A stretch of DNA of 64,000 nucleotides from Dehalococcoidia bacterium (GTDB lineage Bacteria; Chloroflexota; Dehalococcoidia; Bin125): the NCBI GenBank assembly GCA_963663235.2, contig CAXXNO010000012.1, positions 320,001 to 384,000 on the forward strand, in the 5' to 3' direction. The notes beneath the pieces were generated by a model. The model was not told where the DNA came from. It worked only from the letters and a program-made list of their open reading frames with translations, and made no database searches. Positions 20,510-31,917 of the stretch are shown here, in pieces. Both the position numbers and the translations under genes were made by a program. Position 1 is the stretch's first letter; each line of letters starts with the position of its first letter.

Positions 20510-21477
20510 CTAGTGGGCCGCGTCGTGGTGTTCCGCCATGGGTCCGGCGCTCTCCGTATGGCCACGCTCCTTGAAGACTTCCTGCTCCAAGAAGTCGATC
20601 TCTCGCGGGTCCTCGCCGATAGGGCGCTGCTCAAGCTGGATGGTGGAGAAGTACGCCGCGTAGTCCTCGCGCAGCAGGCGCGTGATCCGTTCGAGTAACC
20701 CGGCGTCGGCCAACTCGTCGATACGCACGTGGGCCGACACGACGGTCTTGCCTGAGGTGAGGGTCCAGGCGTGGATATGGTGCATATCGACGGCCCCTGG
20801 AAGCGCCTCCACGTCGCGCTTGAGCCGGACCAGATCGAGATCCTTCGGCGTCGCCTCCAGGAAGATGTTCGTCGATTCCTTGATGATTCCCACCGAGGCC
20901 CAGAGCAGCAGCACACCGAACGCCATTCCGAGAATCGGGTCAATCTCCAGAAAACCCGTCGTCGCAATGACGATCGCGGCCACGATAATAATGAGACTGC
21001 CCACGAAGGTCTGCCCCACATGCCATATTGCCCCTTGGATATTCAGGTTGCCGCGCTGGCTTCGCAGCAGGAGAGTAAGCGCGATCACCTCCGTCACCAG
21101 CCCCCCGCCGGCGATGAGTAGCATCGGGACGGTTGCCAGGTCCTTGGGGTCGCTGAGTCGCAGCGCTCCCATCACAAAGACGAGAACCGCCATGCCGAGC
21201 AGGAAGAAGCCGTTGGCGAAGGCGCCGAGGACCTCCGCGCGCGGATGAGTCCGAAGGTCCGTGTGGGCGTCGCCGGCCTGCCAGCGAGGGACGCGGCCCC
21301 CATCGCGATCAGCACCCCGCCCACCGCCGAGAGCGTGTGGAAAGCGTCCGACAGCACAGCCACGGAGCCGATGAGCAGGCCCGCCGTGAGTTCGACGACG
21401 AAATAGATCCCTGTCAGAAGCGCGGAGACCTGCAGAGCGCGTGTTGTTCGACCGTCAAGGTGCTGGGCGTGTGCCAT
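20510..21477 (-). pseudogene. Cation diffusion facilitator (CzcD/ZitB-like), frameshifted near 21240
   Basis: SDAFH, TFGLIRA|EVLGAFANG, LNIQGAIWH and HHIHAWTLT. Two extra bases in a CG run split the gene. Confidence 0.8.
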
Positions 21478-21565
21478 TAGCGATGGCTAACCTACCAGCC
21501 TTGGCCTAGCGCGCGGCGGTGGGGCCCGAACTATACCTCCGCTCTGGGCTCGGCGCTGCCCGCCC

Positions 21566-22846
21566 CTACAGCCGCACGATCGCCCCCTGCGCCTCCAGCC
21601 GACGCCGCAGCGACGCCACGTCCAGCTCCTTGACCCCAACGCCCTCCTGCAACGCCATCGCCGCCGCCGTCCCCGCCGCCTGCCCCGTCGCCATGCACGG
21701 CGGGATCTCCTTGGTCGCGTGGTGCACTCGATGGTCCACCGAGATGCACCGGCCCGCCACCAGCACGTTGCTCAGCTCCTTCGGCAGCAGGCAGCGATAG
21801 GGGATCTGGTACAGCGCCTCGTATTTCGTCCAGTGCCCCGTCACCGCCACCGCGTCGTCGAACGCGCGGTCCATCTCCTCGCGTCGCAACACGTGCTCGC
21901 CCTGCAGGCGGCGGCTCTCCGTCACCCCCAACTGGTCGGCGATGTGGCAGAAGTGCGCCTTGGCGAAGCCGGGGACCTCCCGCCGCAGCCGGTCCGCCTC
22001 CTCCATCACCCGCTTCCGACCCTCCAGCTCCGCATAGGTCAGGTCCTCTGGCTTCGTCGCGTCGATCCGGCGCGAGATCTTTTCGGTCGCCCCCCAGGGC
22101 AGCAGCACCTTCCCCTCGCCGATGGTGCGGAAGAACCAGCCCCCCGCGTCGATCGCCGCCTCCGTCTCCTCCACCCCACCCATGCAGAACCACAGCCAGG
22201 GCAGCACCTCCGCCGTTTCATGGCGGCAGCCCGCCGCCGCCACGATGTCGCCGTCACCGCTCGCATCGATCACCACCCGCGCCAGCACCGCGAACCGCCC
22301 CGCCTTCGATTGGAACGTCACGCCCGTCACCCGGTCGTCTTCCACAATCGGGTCGGCCGCCCAGGCGTGCAGCAGCAGCCGCACGCCCGCCTCTTCCACC
22401 ATCTGGTTGAAGGCGAACTTCAGCTCCTCAGGCTCGTAGGCCACGGAGTAGCACACCCGGTGCGGTCCGCTGCCCCACACCAGCCCCCAGCGGGAGGCGT
22501 GTTTGACCAGCGCCTCGTCGTCGCTTCCCCACTCCGCCTCCGGCGGGAAGTACGCCGCGCCGCGCTTGGCCAGCCGGTCCGTCACCTCCTGGCACAGCCC
22601 GCCGACCACCTGCCGGCCCCGGCCGTCGTCCAGCGTCAAGAGGAGGATGATCAACCCGCCGGTGGCCAGCCCCCCCAAGTAGCCGTAGCGCTCCACCAGC
22701 ATGACGTCGGCGCCGTTGCGCGCCGCCGCCACCGCCGCCGACACCCCCGCCGCGCCCCCGCCCACCACCAGCACGTCCGCCTCCGCCCGCACCGGCGTCG
22801 ACCGCGACGGCTCCTGCACGAACGCTTGACCCTCTGACGACGTCAT
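21566..22846 (-). CDS. FAD-dependent oxidoreductase
   Basis: DVLVVGGGAAG, LGGLATGG, IDASGDGD, IPYRCLLP, VAGRCIS and CMATGQAAG. Confidence 0.88.
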   Translation of the reverse strand: MTSSEGQAFVQEPSRSTPVRAEADVLVVGGGAAGVSAAVAAARNGADVMLVERYGYLGGLATGGLIILLLTLDDGRGRQVVGGLCQEVTDRLAKRGAAYFPPEAEWGSDDEALVKHASRWGLVWGSGPHRVCYSVAYEPEELKFAFNQMVEEAGVRLLLHAWAADPIVEDDRVTGVTFQSKAGRFAVLARVVIDASGDGDIVAAAGCRHETAEVLPWLWFCMGGVEETEAAIDAGGWFFRTIGEGKVLLPWGATEKISRRIDATKPEDLTYAELEGRKRVMEEADRLRREVPGFAKAHFCHIADQLGVTESRRLQGEHVLRREEMDRAFDDAVAVTGHWTKYEALYQIPYRCLLPKELSNVLVAGRCISVDHRVHHATKEIPPCMATGQAAGTAAAMALQEGVGVKELDVASLRRRLEAQGAIVRL

Positions 22847-23065
22847 CGCTGCACTCCTCGCTCCACTCTCACTCCCCACCGGACGCCCGAACCGCTGGGG
22901 CGCGAGTTCGCGGCGTCGGTCACGCTACACGCCACCGCGATCCCTGTCCCGGCCGGATCGACGGCTCGCGGTGGAGGTCCACAACCTTCGAAAGCTGCAG
23001 GGCCCGTATTTGACCCGATGCGCCCGCGTGCCTAGGCTGCCGCATCAAGCGGAAAAGAGCCGCCC

Positions 23066-24668
23066 ATGAGGGCCTCGACCACTCGTCTGCATCTCCGGGC
23101 GGCGCTCGCAGTCCTCCTGTTTATGCTCGCTATCGCCGCCGCGTCGCACGGGCCGACGCTTCACGCCCAGGACGATGCCCAGCCGTCGGACTCAAGTCAG
23201 ACCCTCACGCTCAACGACGGCGGTCAATTCGTCTTCTGGTCCTTCGGTCCGTTCGACGCTGCCGACATCTTCGGCACCGTCAAGATCGCCTGGCGCTTCG
23301 ACCCCGACGCCGTCAACTGGACCGCCTTCATCCCCGCCCTCGGCGCCGTCAACTTCCCCATCGACGATGGCGACGTCCTCTGGATCGTCTCCGAGGGCGA
23401 CCAGGTCATCGACCTCGCGGGCGACGTTGTCACCGCCGACGATGGCAGCGCCACCCTCACCATCCCCCCCGGCGCGCTCCCCGAGGACGTCTCCCCGGAC
23501 GACATCCAGATCACAAACCTCACGGACCTCGTCCAAGTGGAGAGCGAAGACCCCGATGTGTCGCTCCTCGCCGCCTACCAACTGGAGCCGGACGGCCTCC
23601 AGCTTCAGAAGCCCGCCACCCTCGCCTTCACCGCCCCCATCGCTGATTAACGCCGTTGTCGTCGCCTACAACGTCTCCGACGCGGTCGAAGGCATCGAGA
23701 CCATCGACCTCGAACAGGACCCGGCCACCGGCCTCACATCAATCACGGCCGAGGTCGCCCACTTCAGCTTCGTCCCCTTCTTCCAGGAGGTCGGCGCCAA
23801 AGGCTTCATTCTGGAAGAGCCGCGCGAGGTCCCTGCGGGCCCCCACACCGTTGGCTCGACCTTCTCGGTCGTCTTTCCAATCACTCGCAGCGATGACTTT
23901 CGGCACGACGTGCGATTCACCATCACCATCCCCAACGGCCCCACCATCCGCGCCAGCATCGAGTTCCGCCCCAGGTCCGGGGGCAACTGGGGCGGCATAG
24001 GCCGCCCCACCACGCAGGGCCCCATCAGCCGCGTGGCCATGGGAACGTTCGACTTCCTCTGGCTCCTCCGCACCCAGCCGGACTTCAATTTCGCTGGTTC
24101 TTACAAGTGCGATGAGGCCGGCACCTACGAGTTCGACCTCGCTGCCAAGGCGCTCATCGACGCCAGGTATACCGTCGTCCTCTCCATCGACGGTTCCCTC
24201 CGCGCCGGTTCTGGCCGCGTCACCGCCGTCGGGCGCGACACGAAACAGCACTCCGGCCTCTGCTTCACCATCGTCGTGGATGACGACCGCTTCGGCTTCG
24301 CCCCCACGGACAACGAGATCCAGGTCGTGGGCGACTTCACGGACGGCGCCCGCACCCCAGAGTCCGAGGCCGCCGGGTGCATCCCTCTGGCCCGCAGATT
24401 CTTCTCCAATCTCCGCCTGGAGTTCGACTCTGAAGGCAACGTCCTGGTCATCGTGCAGCCCATCGTGAGTCAGCGCAGCACCCACCGCATCGACCCCGTG
24501 ACCGGGCAGTTCGTCGCTGACGTCTCCACCTTCCCCGTCGCCACCGTTCCTGGCGGCGCCTTCGGCGGCCCGGGACCGTTCTTCGATCCGGACACCTTCT
24601 ATAGCGGCGACCCGGATCCCTTCGCCGTCGAGGTCGACCGCGTCCTCGGTTCTCTGGAGCAGTCTTAG
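23066..24668 (+). pseudogene. Secreted protein with the shared GGQFVFW domain at its N-terminus, frameshift near 23648
   Basis: Signal peptide, shared domain and ZU5-like ATLTIPPGALP..YQLEPDGLQL. Sequence continues in the +1 frame as NAVVVAY. Confidence 0.6.
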
Positions 24669-24846
24669 AACCCCGACGGCTTCGGCTTCTACGCCGGGAC
24701 GGTCCTCTCCGACGGATCCATGACCAACGGCCGCCACGCCCACGTCGACCCCGACGGTTGCCGCTCCACGTGGCGCGTGGACTTCGAGGCCCGCTAAATC
24801 TCGCCACGCGCTACGCTGCTCGCCGGGACGATAGGAGCCGCGCCTC

Positions 24847-25893
24847 GTGGACTTCGGCCTCTTCTACCAGCTGCCGGCCTGGCCCGGCCAGGATCCGGCC
24901 CAGCGCTACCGCGACACGCTCGATCAGATCGCGGCCGGCGACGACCTGGGCTTCGACGTCGCCTGGCTGGCCGAGATGCACTTCGCCCCCCAATTCTCGA
25001 TCATGCCCTCGCCGCTCGTCGTAGGCGCCGCCGTCGCCGCCCGCACGCAACGCATCCGCATCGGCATCGGCGTCACCCTCCTGCCGCTCCACGATCCCGT
25101 CCGCGTCGCCGAAGACACCGCGACCCTCGATATCATCAGTGGCGGCCGCCTGGAGTACGGCGTCGGCCGGGGAGCGCGGCGCCAGCACTTCGAAGGCTTC
25201 GGCATCCCCGTCGAGGAGCGCAACGATCGCTTCGTCGAAGCGCTGGAGGTCTTGCTCCGCGCCTGGAGCGACGAACCGCTCACCTATGACGGGCGCTTCT
25301 TCCACTACCGCGACGTCGACGTGATCCCCAAGCCCCTCCAGCGGCCCCGGCCCCGGACGCGGCTCGCCGTGAACAGTGACGACAGCGCCGAACGCGCGGC
25401 CCGCTCCGGCCTCCAGATCATGCTCACGCCGATCACGGCGTCGCACGAGATGCTGCTGAAACGCATCGACATCTACCGCCGCGGCCGCGCCGAGGCCGGG
25501 AGCCCCGCCACCCCAGACGACATCGCCGTGCTCCTCCCCTCCTTCGTGGCGCCGGACGGCGACACCGCCCGCGCCGGCATGGAAAAGAGCATCATGAGCT
25601 ACGTGCGCATCGTGGCGGAGGTGATGCTCGGCCCCTATCTCCACAAGGGTGCGCAGGGGCAGGCCCCCGCCCTGGCGGAGCGCCTCAGCACCATCACCTA
25701 CCCCGAGGTGCTCGACCTCATGTGCGCCACCGGCGATCCCGACGAGGTGACCGCGAGGATCCAAGAGGCCGTCGATGCCTACGGCGCCGGCCAGGTCATC
25801 TGCTGGTTCAACCCCGGCGGCCTCGTCGAGCATGACAAGGTCATCGACACCATGCGGCTCTTCATGGAGCAGGTCCGCCCGCGCTTCGCCTAA
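24847..25893 (+). CDS. LLM-class (luciferase-like) monooxygenase
   Basis: GFDVAWLAEMHF, DPVRVAEDTATLDIISGGR..GVGRG and PKPLQRPRP. Confidence 0.9.
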   Translation: MDFGLFYQLPAWPGQDPAQRYRDTLDQIAAGDDLGFDVAWLAEMHFAPQFSIMPSPLVVGAAVAARTQRIRIGIGVTLLPLHDPVRVAEDTATLDIISGGRLEYGVGRGARRQHFEGFGIPVEERNDRFVEALEVLLRAWSDEPLTYDGRFFHYRDVDVIPKPLQRPRPRTRLAVNSDDSAERAARSGLQIMLTPITASHEMLLKRIDIYRRGRAEAGSPATPDDIAVLLPSFVAPDGDTARAGMEKSIMSYVRIVAEVMLGPYLHKGAQGQAPALAERLSTITYPEVLDLMCATGDPDEVTARIQEAVDAYGAGQVICWFNPGGLVEHDKVIDTMRLFMEQVRPRFA

Positions 25894-26010
25894 TCGCCCC
25901 CGCCTGGCGCGCCCCACTCCTCCACCACCCACCGGCCCTCACGATAAAAGTGAGGGCCGCCATGTCGGCGGCCCTCACACTCTTGCTTGCCTTCGGTCGG
26001 GTGCGGAACC

Positions 26011-27168
26011 CTAGGCCAAGACCTCAATCTCCTGCGCCGTGTCGGAGACGACCCAGAGGACGTCACCGTCGGCCAGAGCGAAGTTGGTGATGCCCAATGC
26101 AGGAATGAACGAAAGCCAGCTCACAGCCGTCGCGTTGAACAACCAGGCGATCTTCACGCCCGTAAACACGTCCGCCGCGTTTGCCGGCCCGAACTGCCAG
26201 AACACGAACTGCCCGCCCGCGTTCAAGGTCAGCGTGCCGAGCAGCTCCGGCTCCGGCTCCGGCATGCCGTCGCCGTCGCCGTCGCCGTTCTCGGGCTCGC
26301 CGTCGCCCGCCGGGATGGCCACGGTGTGGACGTTCACGTAGGCGTTGCCCGCCTCCATCTCCGCAACCAGGTCGGCGATGGTCCCGCCTTCCAGCGGGCC
26401 GATGAGATCGGCGGCGGTGATAGTGCCCGGCACCTGCACGCCGTCCACGCCTTCCGCGACAAGGCCGAAGAGGAACGCCGTGACCGGCCCGTTGTCATCG
26501 GCCGGCCCGATGTGGATGTGCGCTTGCGTTACGCCGATAATGTCGACGGCCACGAGCTCGAAAGAGATCGTGTCGCCCTCCAGCGTCGCGTCGAACGACC
26601 CGCTCCCGGCCGTTTTGATGGCGGGCACCTCTGCGCCGCCGCTCAGCGTGGCGCTGAACGTCTCCTCCGGCGGAATCCCGACAATCTGGCCGCGAATCTC
26701 ACCCCCCGCGTTGACCAGGGTGTGGACGTTCACGTAGGCGTTGCCCGCTCGCATCTCCGCAACCAGGTCGGCGATGGTCCCGCCTTCCAGCGGGCCGACG
26801 AGATCGGCCGCGGTCAGGGTGCCGTCGGCATCCACGCCGTCCACGCCTTCCTCGACAAGGCCGAAGAGGAACGCCGTGACCGGCCCGGTGTCATCGGCCG
26901 GCCCGATGTGGATGTGCGCCTGCGTCACGCCGATGATGTCTATCGCCGCGAGCCCGAAGGAAATCGTGTCGCCCTCCAGCGTCGCCGCGAACGACCCGGT
27001 CCCGTCCGTTTCGATGGCGGGCACCTCGGCGCCGCCGCTCAGCGTAGCGCTGAACTACACCGCCTGCGCCTCAACCTGCCCCCCGCCCCACACCAGCACC
27101 GCCACGACGGCCGCGAGCGCCACCCCGATGACCGAGCCCCAGCGCAACTGTCCGATTTGGATTCCCAA
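26011..27168 (-). pseudogene. Secreted tandem CHRD-domain protein with C-terminal GGQFVFW domain; in-frame TAG at 27055-27057
   Basis: Two FSATLSG..EVP..AHIH.G...GPV..GNAYVNVHT repeats. The AGGAG RBS, TTG at 27168 and signal peptide are in frame but cut off by the TAG. Confidence 0.78.
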
Positions 27169-27485
27169 ACTCTCGCTCCTTCCGTTTACTGATCTCTGCA
27201 TCTGCGATCGGGCCGAAGTCTACGGCCCGGCCCTGTTCGTAGGCCGCCTTAGGATACGAAACCGGCGTCTAGCCCGATCATGCGCGATGCGCCAAAAGGC
27301 ACGGACACCTGCCTGGAGGTATCCCGTGAGACGCGCCGCGGCGAACCTTTTTACCTCGCGGTTACAGGCCGCCGGGCGCGCAAACGCCGCGAGGCCGTCC
27401 TCCCACACCGGCGGAAGAACGGCCTCGCCACAGACACACATTCGCTTGGGGTTACGGCCCCTTCCAGGCTACCGCAGTACCCCGG

Positions 27486-28769
27486 CTACGCCGCGATTGG
27501 TATCGCCTGCGCCGTCTCCGAGACGATCCACAGCACGGCGCCGTCATTCAGGGCGAAGTTGATGATGCCCAACGGCGGAATGAACGACGTCCAGCTGACC
27601 GTGGTCGAGTCGAACAGCCAGGCGATCTTCACCACCCCGAACAGGTCCGCCGCCAGCGCCGGCCCGAACGTCCACAAGACGAACTGCCCGCCCGCCCGCA
27701 ACGTGAGGACCTCGGCGGCGGGCGGCTCTTCTACCACCTCGTCCACCGGCTCCTCTTCCGCTTCCTCCTCGACGATCTCCACCAGCAGCACCGTCGTCAG
27801 GTGCGGCAGCGATGCCTGCACCACCACCGGCGGGCCCAGCGAGACGACGGTCACCGTAATGACCTCCCCGTTCACCACCACCGCGCTCGTGGCAGGGTCG
27901 AACCCCGCCGGCAGCTCGAACTGCACCGTCACCGCGGTGGTCCCCCCGATGTTGCCGCCGAACTGATCGGAGATGCTGATCTCTACCCCGAACGCCATCG
28001 TCCCCGCCGGTAGCCCGGCCTCCGCCAGCGCAGCCGTGACATCCCCCGCCGTGGCCGGTTGCATGCTCACCGTGATGTCGGTGGTGTTCCCCGGCAGGTC
28101 CGCCACGTCGATCCCCACCGTCGTCCCCGCCCCGTCCGTCACGTTGACCACGGTCATCCCGTTCTCCGTGGTGCTCTCCGTGGCCAGGTTGATCGTCGCC
28201 CGCCCCGTCGTCGGGTCCACCGTGTTAATCCCCGTCGCCGGGTCGAATGTCCCCTCGTCCGCCAGCGCCTCCTCCAAGTCGGCCGCCGACGCGGCGAAGA
28301 CGAAGTTGTCGCCCGCGCTGGCGAAGTCGACCGTCCCCGTGCTGGAGGTCACCTGCACGTCCACGGTGGCCGCCGTCCGGGCGACGAGGGTCGCCCGGAT
28401 CTGGGTGTCGCTGAGCACGTTGAATGCGACGGCGACGCCGCCGAAGGTGACGCCCGTCGCCGCCGTGAAGTTGGTGCCGTTAATGATCACGATGCCGCCC
28501 AGGCTGGCCAGGACCACAGGAGGGGCGAGGGTGACGATGCCGGGGAAGACCGTCAAGACCCCGTCGTCGGTGACGTTGGTCGCCGTGCTGGGGTTGGTGT
28601 TGGTGGTGGTCATGGTATCCCCACCACCGGCCTGGCCGTTGACGTTCAGCGTCTCGAAGGCGGTGTAGCCAGTGGCTCCCTGCCCCGTCAGCGTCACTGT
28701 GGTGTTGGTGGTGGTGATGATGTCGTTGCCGCCGGTGCCGTTGACTTTGACCTCGGCGGCAGCAACGTC
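27486..28769 (-). pseudogene. C-terminal part of a large surface protein (IPT/TIG-like + GGQFVLW domain), 5' truncated
   Basis: GGIVIINGTNFTAATGVTFGG..VLSDTQI; Thr/Gly-rich; no signal peptide; frame closed by a TGA at 28770. Confidence 0.65.
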
Positions 28770-29783
28770 TCACTCGCCTTCGCGCCGCTCTTCGTCGTCG
28801 CGCTCTTGCTCGGCGCCGCCGAGGCGGCGCTCGCCGCGGTGATCGCGGTCATGCTCGCCCAAACCGTCCTGCGCCTCCCCTGGTACAAGGTCCTCTTCAA
28901 CGCTGCGGTCTTCGCTCTGGCCGCCATGGCCACCGCGACCATCTTCCACGCGCTCGCTGGCCCGTTCGACACCGCCGATGCGGCGGCCCAGCTGGCCCCC
29001 GTCGCACTCGCGGCGCTGGGCTCCTACCTCGTGAACGGCGTGCTGGTTGCGGGCGTGCTCACGCTCTCCGGGGCGACGAGCCCGATCTCGGCCTGGCGCG
29101 ACAAGTTTCTCTGGGCGGCGCCCCACTATCTCGCGCTGGCCTTCGTCGCCTACGCCGTCGCCTTCACCTATCGCGATGTCGGCGCCGTCGCCATGATCGC
29201 CTTCGCCCTGCCCATCGCCATGATGTGGCTGATCATGAAGCAGCACACCACCCGCACCCGCGCCGACATCGCGCGCCTCCGCACCGCCAAGGAAGCCCTG
29301 CGCCTGTCGGAGGCCCGCTACCGCGCGGTGGTCGAGACCTCCACCCGAGGAATCTTCAGCTGCGACGCCGGCGGCGCCATCCACTTCCACAATCAGCAGT
29401 TTGTGGCCACGGTCGGCGACGACGCGCCCTGCGCCGATCGCTCCATCCTCGACTTCGTCTCCGCCGCCGATCGCCCCGCCGTCGAGGCGGCGTTGCGCAC
29501 GGCGCCCCCGCAGAGCCGCAGTCTTGAGGTACACCTCCCCACCCCCCAGCGCGGTGAGCGACTCGTCAACTTGACGCTGCGCCGCTACGCCAACTCGGAA
29601 GACCTCCTCGGCGAGATCGACGACATCACGGAGCGCCGCGCCTTGGAATCGCGCGTGGAGCAGGCGCAACTGATGGACTCGGTCGGCAACCTGGCCGCGG
29701 GCATCTCGCATGACTTCAACAACCCCCGGACCCGCTCGGAGAGCGAGCACACAAACGCTGCGACGTGGCCCAGCGCTCGCTAG
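28743..29783 (+). pseudogene. Membrane sensor + PAS + HisKA fragment, truncated at both ends
   Basis: Multi-TM region, LRLSEARYRAVVE..DITERRALE, then QAQLMDSVGNLAAGISHDFNN. Similarity stops at 29723 with no HATPase domain and no clear start. Confidence 0.75.
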
Positions 29784-29990
29784 AGGGGTGCTCCCAGCTC
29801 AAGGGGCGCCGGACCCTGAACTCCCGCTACCGCAGGAGGGCCACAGTGGGCGGGGTTCCACATCGTGATGGCCGTGCTGGTGCTCCAGGCGGGGGCAGCC
29901 GCCGCGGCGGAGGCGGGCGAAATCACGAACGTGCGGCAGTGCACGCGACGGATGGCCTGAAGCAGAACGAACAGATTGACGAAGATCTAC

Positions 29991-30038
29991 TTGACAGGAC
30001 ATATCATAGATGTGATATTCCACCTGTGCGATATCACA
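29991..30038 (+). promoter_or_regulatory. Sigma70-like promoter with overlapping inverted repeats (putative TA operator)
   Basis: TTGACA(29991)-17-GATATT. ATATCA/TGATAT and TGTGATAT/ATATCACA inverted repeats lie in 30001-30038. Confidence 0.6.
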
Positions 30039-30048
30039 AGGGTAATAG

Positions 30049-30393
30049 ATGGAGATCGTCTACTACGCCACGATTGCTGGCCAAGAGCCGGTCAAGGAGT
30101 ACCTAGACACTTTGGACGCTGCCGGAGAGGCCAAGGGTGTGGCTGTAATCATTGGTGCAGTGGACCTGCTCGAAGAACTCGGTCACCTAATTCGACCGCC
30201 AAGATCGAAACTGATTGACGAGAAGTATCGGATTTTCGAGCTTACGCCGGGCGACCATCGAGTCGCTTACGCCTTTCGTGCAAACAGCGCTCTGGTCCTT
30301 CATGCATGGCCGAAAACAACTCGGAAGCTTGATCGACAGGAGCGAGACCGGGCGCGACGGAATCTGGAGGACTGGGATGCACGACACGCATAG
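30049..30393 (+). CDS. Type II toxin, RelE/HigB (Gp49-like)
   Basis: YYATIAGQEPVKEYL..IFEL..HRVAY..LVLHAWPKTTRK; lies upstream of an HTH gene. Confidence 0.8.
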   Translation: MEIVYYATIAGQEPVKEYLDTLDAAGEAKGVAVIIGAVDLLEELGHLIRPPRSKLIDEKYRIFELTPGDHRVAYAFRANSALVLHAWPKTTRKLDRQERDRARRNLEDWDARHA

Positions 30394-30443
30394 TTAGCCG
30401 CTAGGTAAATGTGATGCAGAAATTTCAGAGAGCACACTTTGTC

Positions 30444-30734
30444 ATGACGACTTGGAAACAGCACCGCGAACAGCTTTTGGCCAACCCTGAAATTGCGAAG
30501 GAATACGACGCCATCCATCCTCGAATGGACGCCATTCGAGGACTCATCAAGGCACGGGCGGAGTGCGGTCTGACGCAGTTGCAGCTTGCATCGCTTTTGG
30601 GAACGACGCAAAACTCAATTAGCCGACTGGAATCTGGCGCGCACGAACCGCACTTGAGCACTCTGGCGAAGACCGCACACGCGATGGGATACTCGATCCA
30701 CGTCGAATATCGAAAAACTCTCGCTGGTCCCTGA
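30444..30734 (+). CDS. XRE-family HTH antitoxin (HigA-like)
   Basis: IKARAECGLTQLQLASLLGTTQNSISRLESG..PHLSTL. Confidence 0.85.
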   Translation: MTTWKQHREQLLANPEIAKEYDAIHPRMDAIRGLIKARAECGLTQLQLASLLGTTQNSISRLESGAHEPHLSTLAKTAHAMGYSIHVEYRKTLAGP

Positions 30735-30831
30735 GAGCTTATCGAACGTAACACCGCTCACCGCGCTACTCACTTGAGGAGTTCTGCACCTCCCTCAATC
30801 AACCGTTCGGCTCAGCGCGACGGCGCGTGCC

Positions 30832-31731
30832 CTACCCACCCACCACCGCCGGCCGGACCTCCCGCCACACCGCCTCCAACTGCCGCAACTGCGCGTCCAC
30901 GGACACCTTCGTCTTCGGATCCGTCTCCGGGTTGAGCAACAGCAACTGCGACGCCCCCGCGTCCCGATACCCCCGCAGCAACGTCGCCAGCTCGTCCAGG
31001 TTCTTGCTGAGCGGCGCCATCCACTGCACCGTGAACCGCTCCGGGTCCCGCCCCTCGGCCTTCAGCGTCTCCCGCATCCGCCCGATCGTCGCCGCCGCCT
31101 CCGCCGCCTGCGCCATCGGCGCACCAAGCCACCCGTCTCCCAGCCGCGCCGCCCGCCGCTCCGCCGCCTCCACGAAGCCCCCGATGATGATCGGCGGCCC
31201 CCCCGGCGTCACCGGCTTCGGCTCCATGTTCATCGACCGGATCGTCGTGTATTGGCCCTCGAACTCCACCGGCTCTGCCCCCCAGCACCGCCGCACCACC
31301 GCGATCGCCTCCTCGAACCGCGCGACCCGCTCCCTGAACGGCACCCCCAACGACTCGAACTCCGCCTCCCCCCACCCCATCCCGACCCCCAGCCGAAAAC
31401 GCCCGCCGCTGAGCACGTCGATCTCCGCCGCCTGCTTCGCCACCAGCGCCGGCTGCCGCTGCGGCAGCACCAGCACGCAGCTCTGGAGGATGACCCGCTC
31501 CGTGCACGCCGCCATGTGCGCCAGCAGCGTCATCGTCTCGTGCTGATACACCGGACCCGCGTAGAACCCCGGCTCACGATCCGGCCGGTTGTAGGCGTAG
31601 GCGACGTGGTCGTTCGTGCCGATCCACTCGTACCCGATCGCCTCCACCCCCCGCGCCCAGTCCCGCACCTCGGCGCCGTCCAGGTCCCACCCCATCCCCG
31701 TGAACATCACCCCCAGCTCGATCGCCTGCAT
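30832..31731 (-). CDS. LLM-class (probably F420-dependent) oxidoreductase
   Basis: LPQRQPALVAKQAAEIDVLSGGRFRLGVG and RRAARLGDGW. Confidence 0.9.
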   Translation of the reverse strand: MQAIELGVMFTGMGWDLDGAEVRDWARGVEAIGYEWIGTNDHVAYAYNRPDREPGFYAGPVYQHETMTLLAHMAACTERVILQSCVLVLPQRQPALVAKQAAEIDVLSGGRFRLGVGMGWGEAEFESLGVPFRERVARFEEAIAVVRRCWGAEPVEFEGQYTTIRSMNMEPKPVTPGGPPIIIGGFVEAAERRAARLGDGWLGAPMAQAAEAAATIGRMRETLKAEGRDPERFTVQWMAPLSKNLDELATLLRGYRDAGASQLLLLNPETDPKTKVSVDAQLRQLEAVWREVRPAVVGG

Positions 31732-31917
31732 GTCAACCTCCCATCCTGTGGCGTGCGCGTGTCCAGCGCTCGGCCGGCATGCTAGCAGCCCCGGCCCACC
31801 CGCCCCCGATGCCGACCGCCCCCGACGCCAACCACGAAGTCCGTAGCCAGCCGAGCCGCGCAGCCGCTATGCTCAAACGAGCCCGGCCTATCGGACGGGC
31901 AGTGCGTGAGGGTCACT

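Noticed and set aside
26320-27054. Direct repeat as a mobile element
   Set aside because: Explained by tandem CHRD domains within one gene.
28059-28742. N-terminal 228 aa of ORF 28059-29783 as part of the kinase
   Set aside because: It is the antisense read of the minus-strand surface gene. Sensor-like sequence starts only near 28743.
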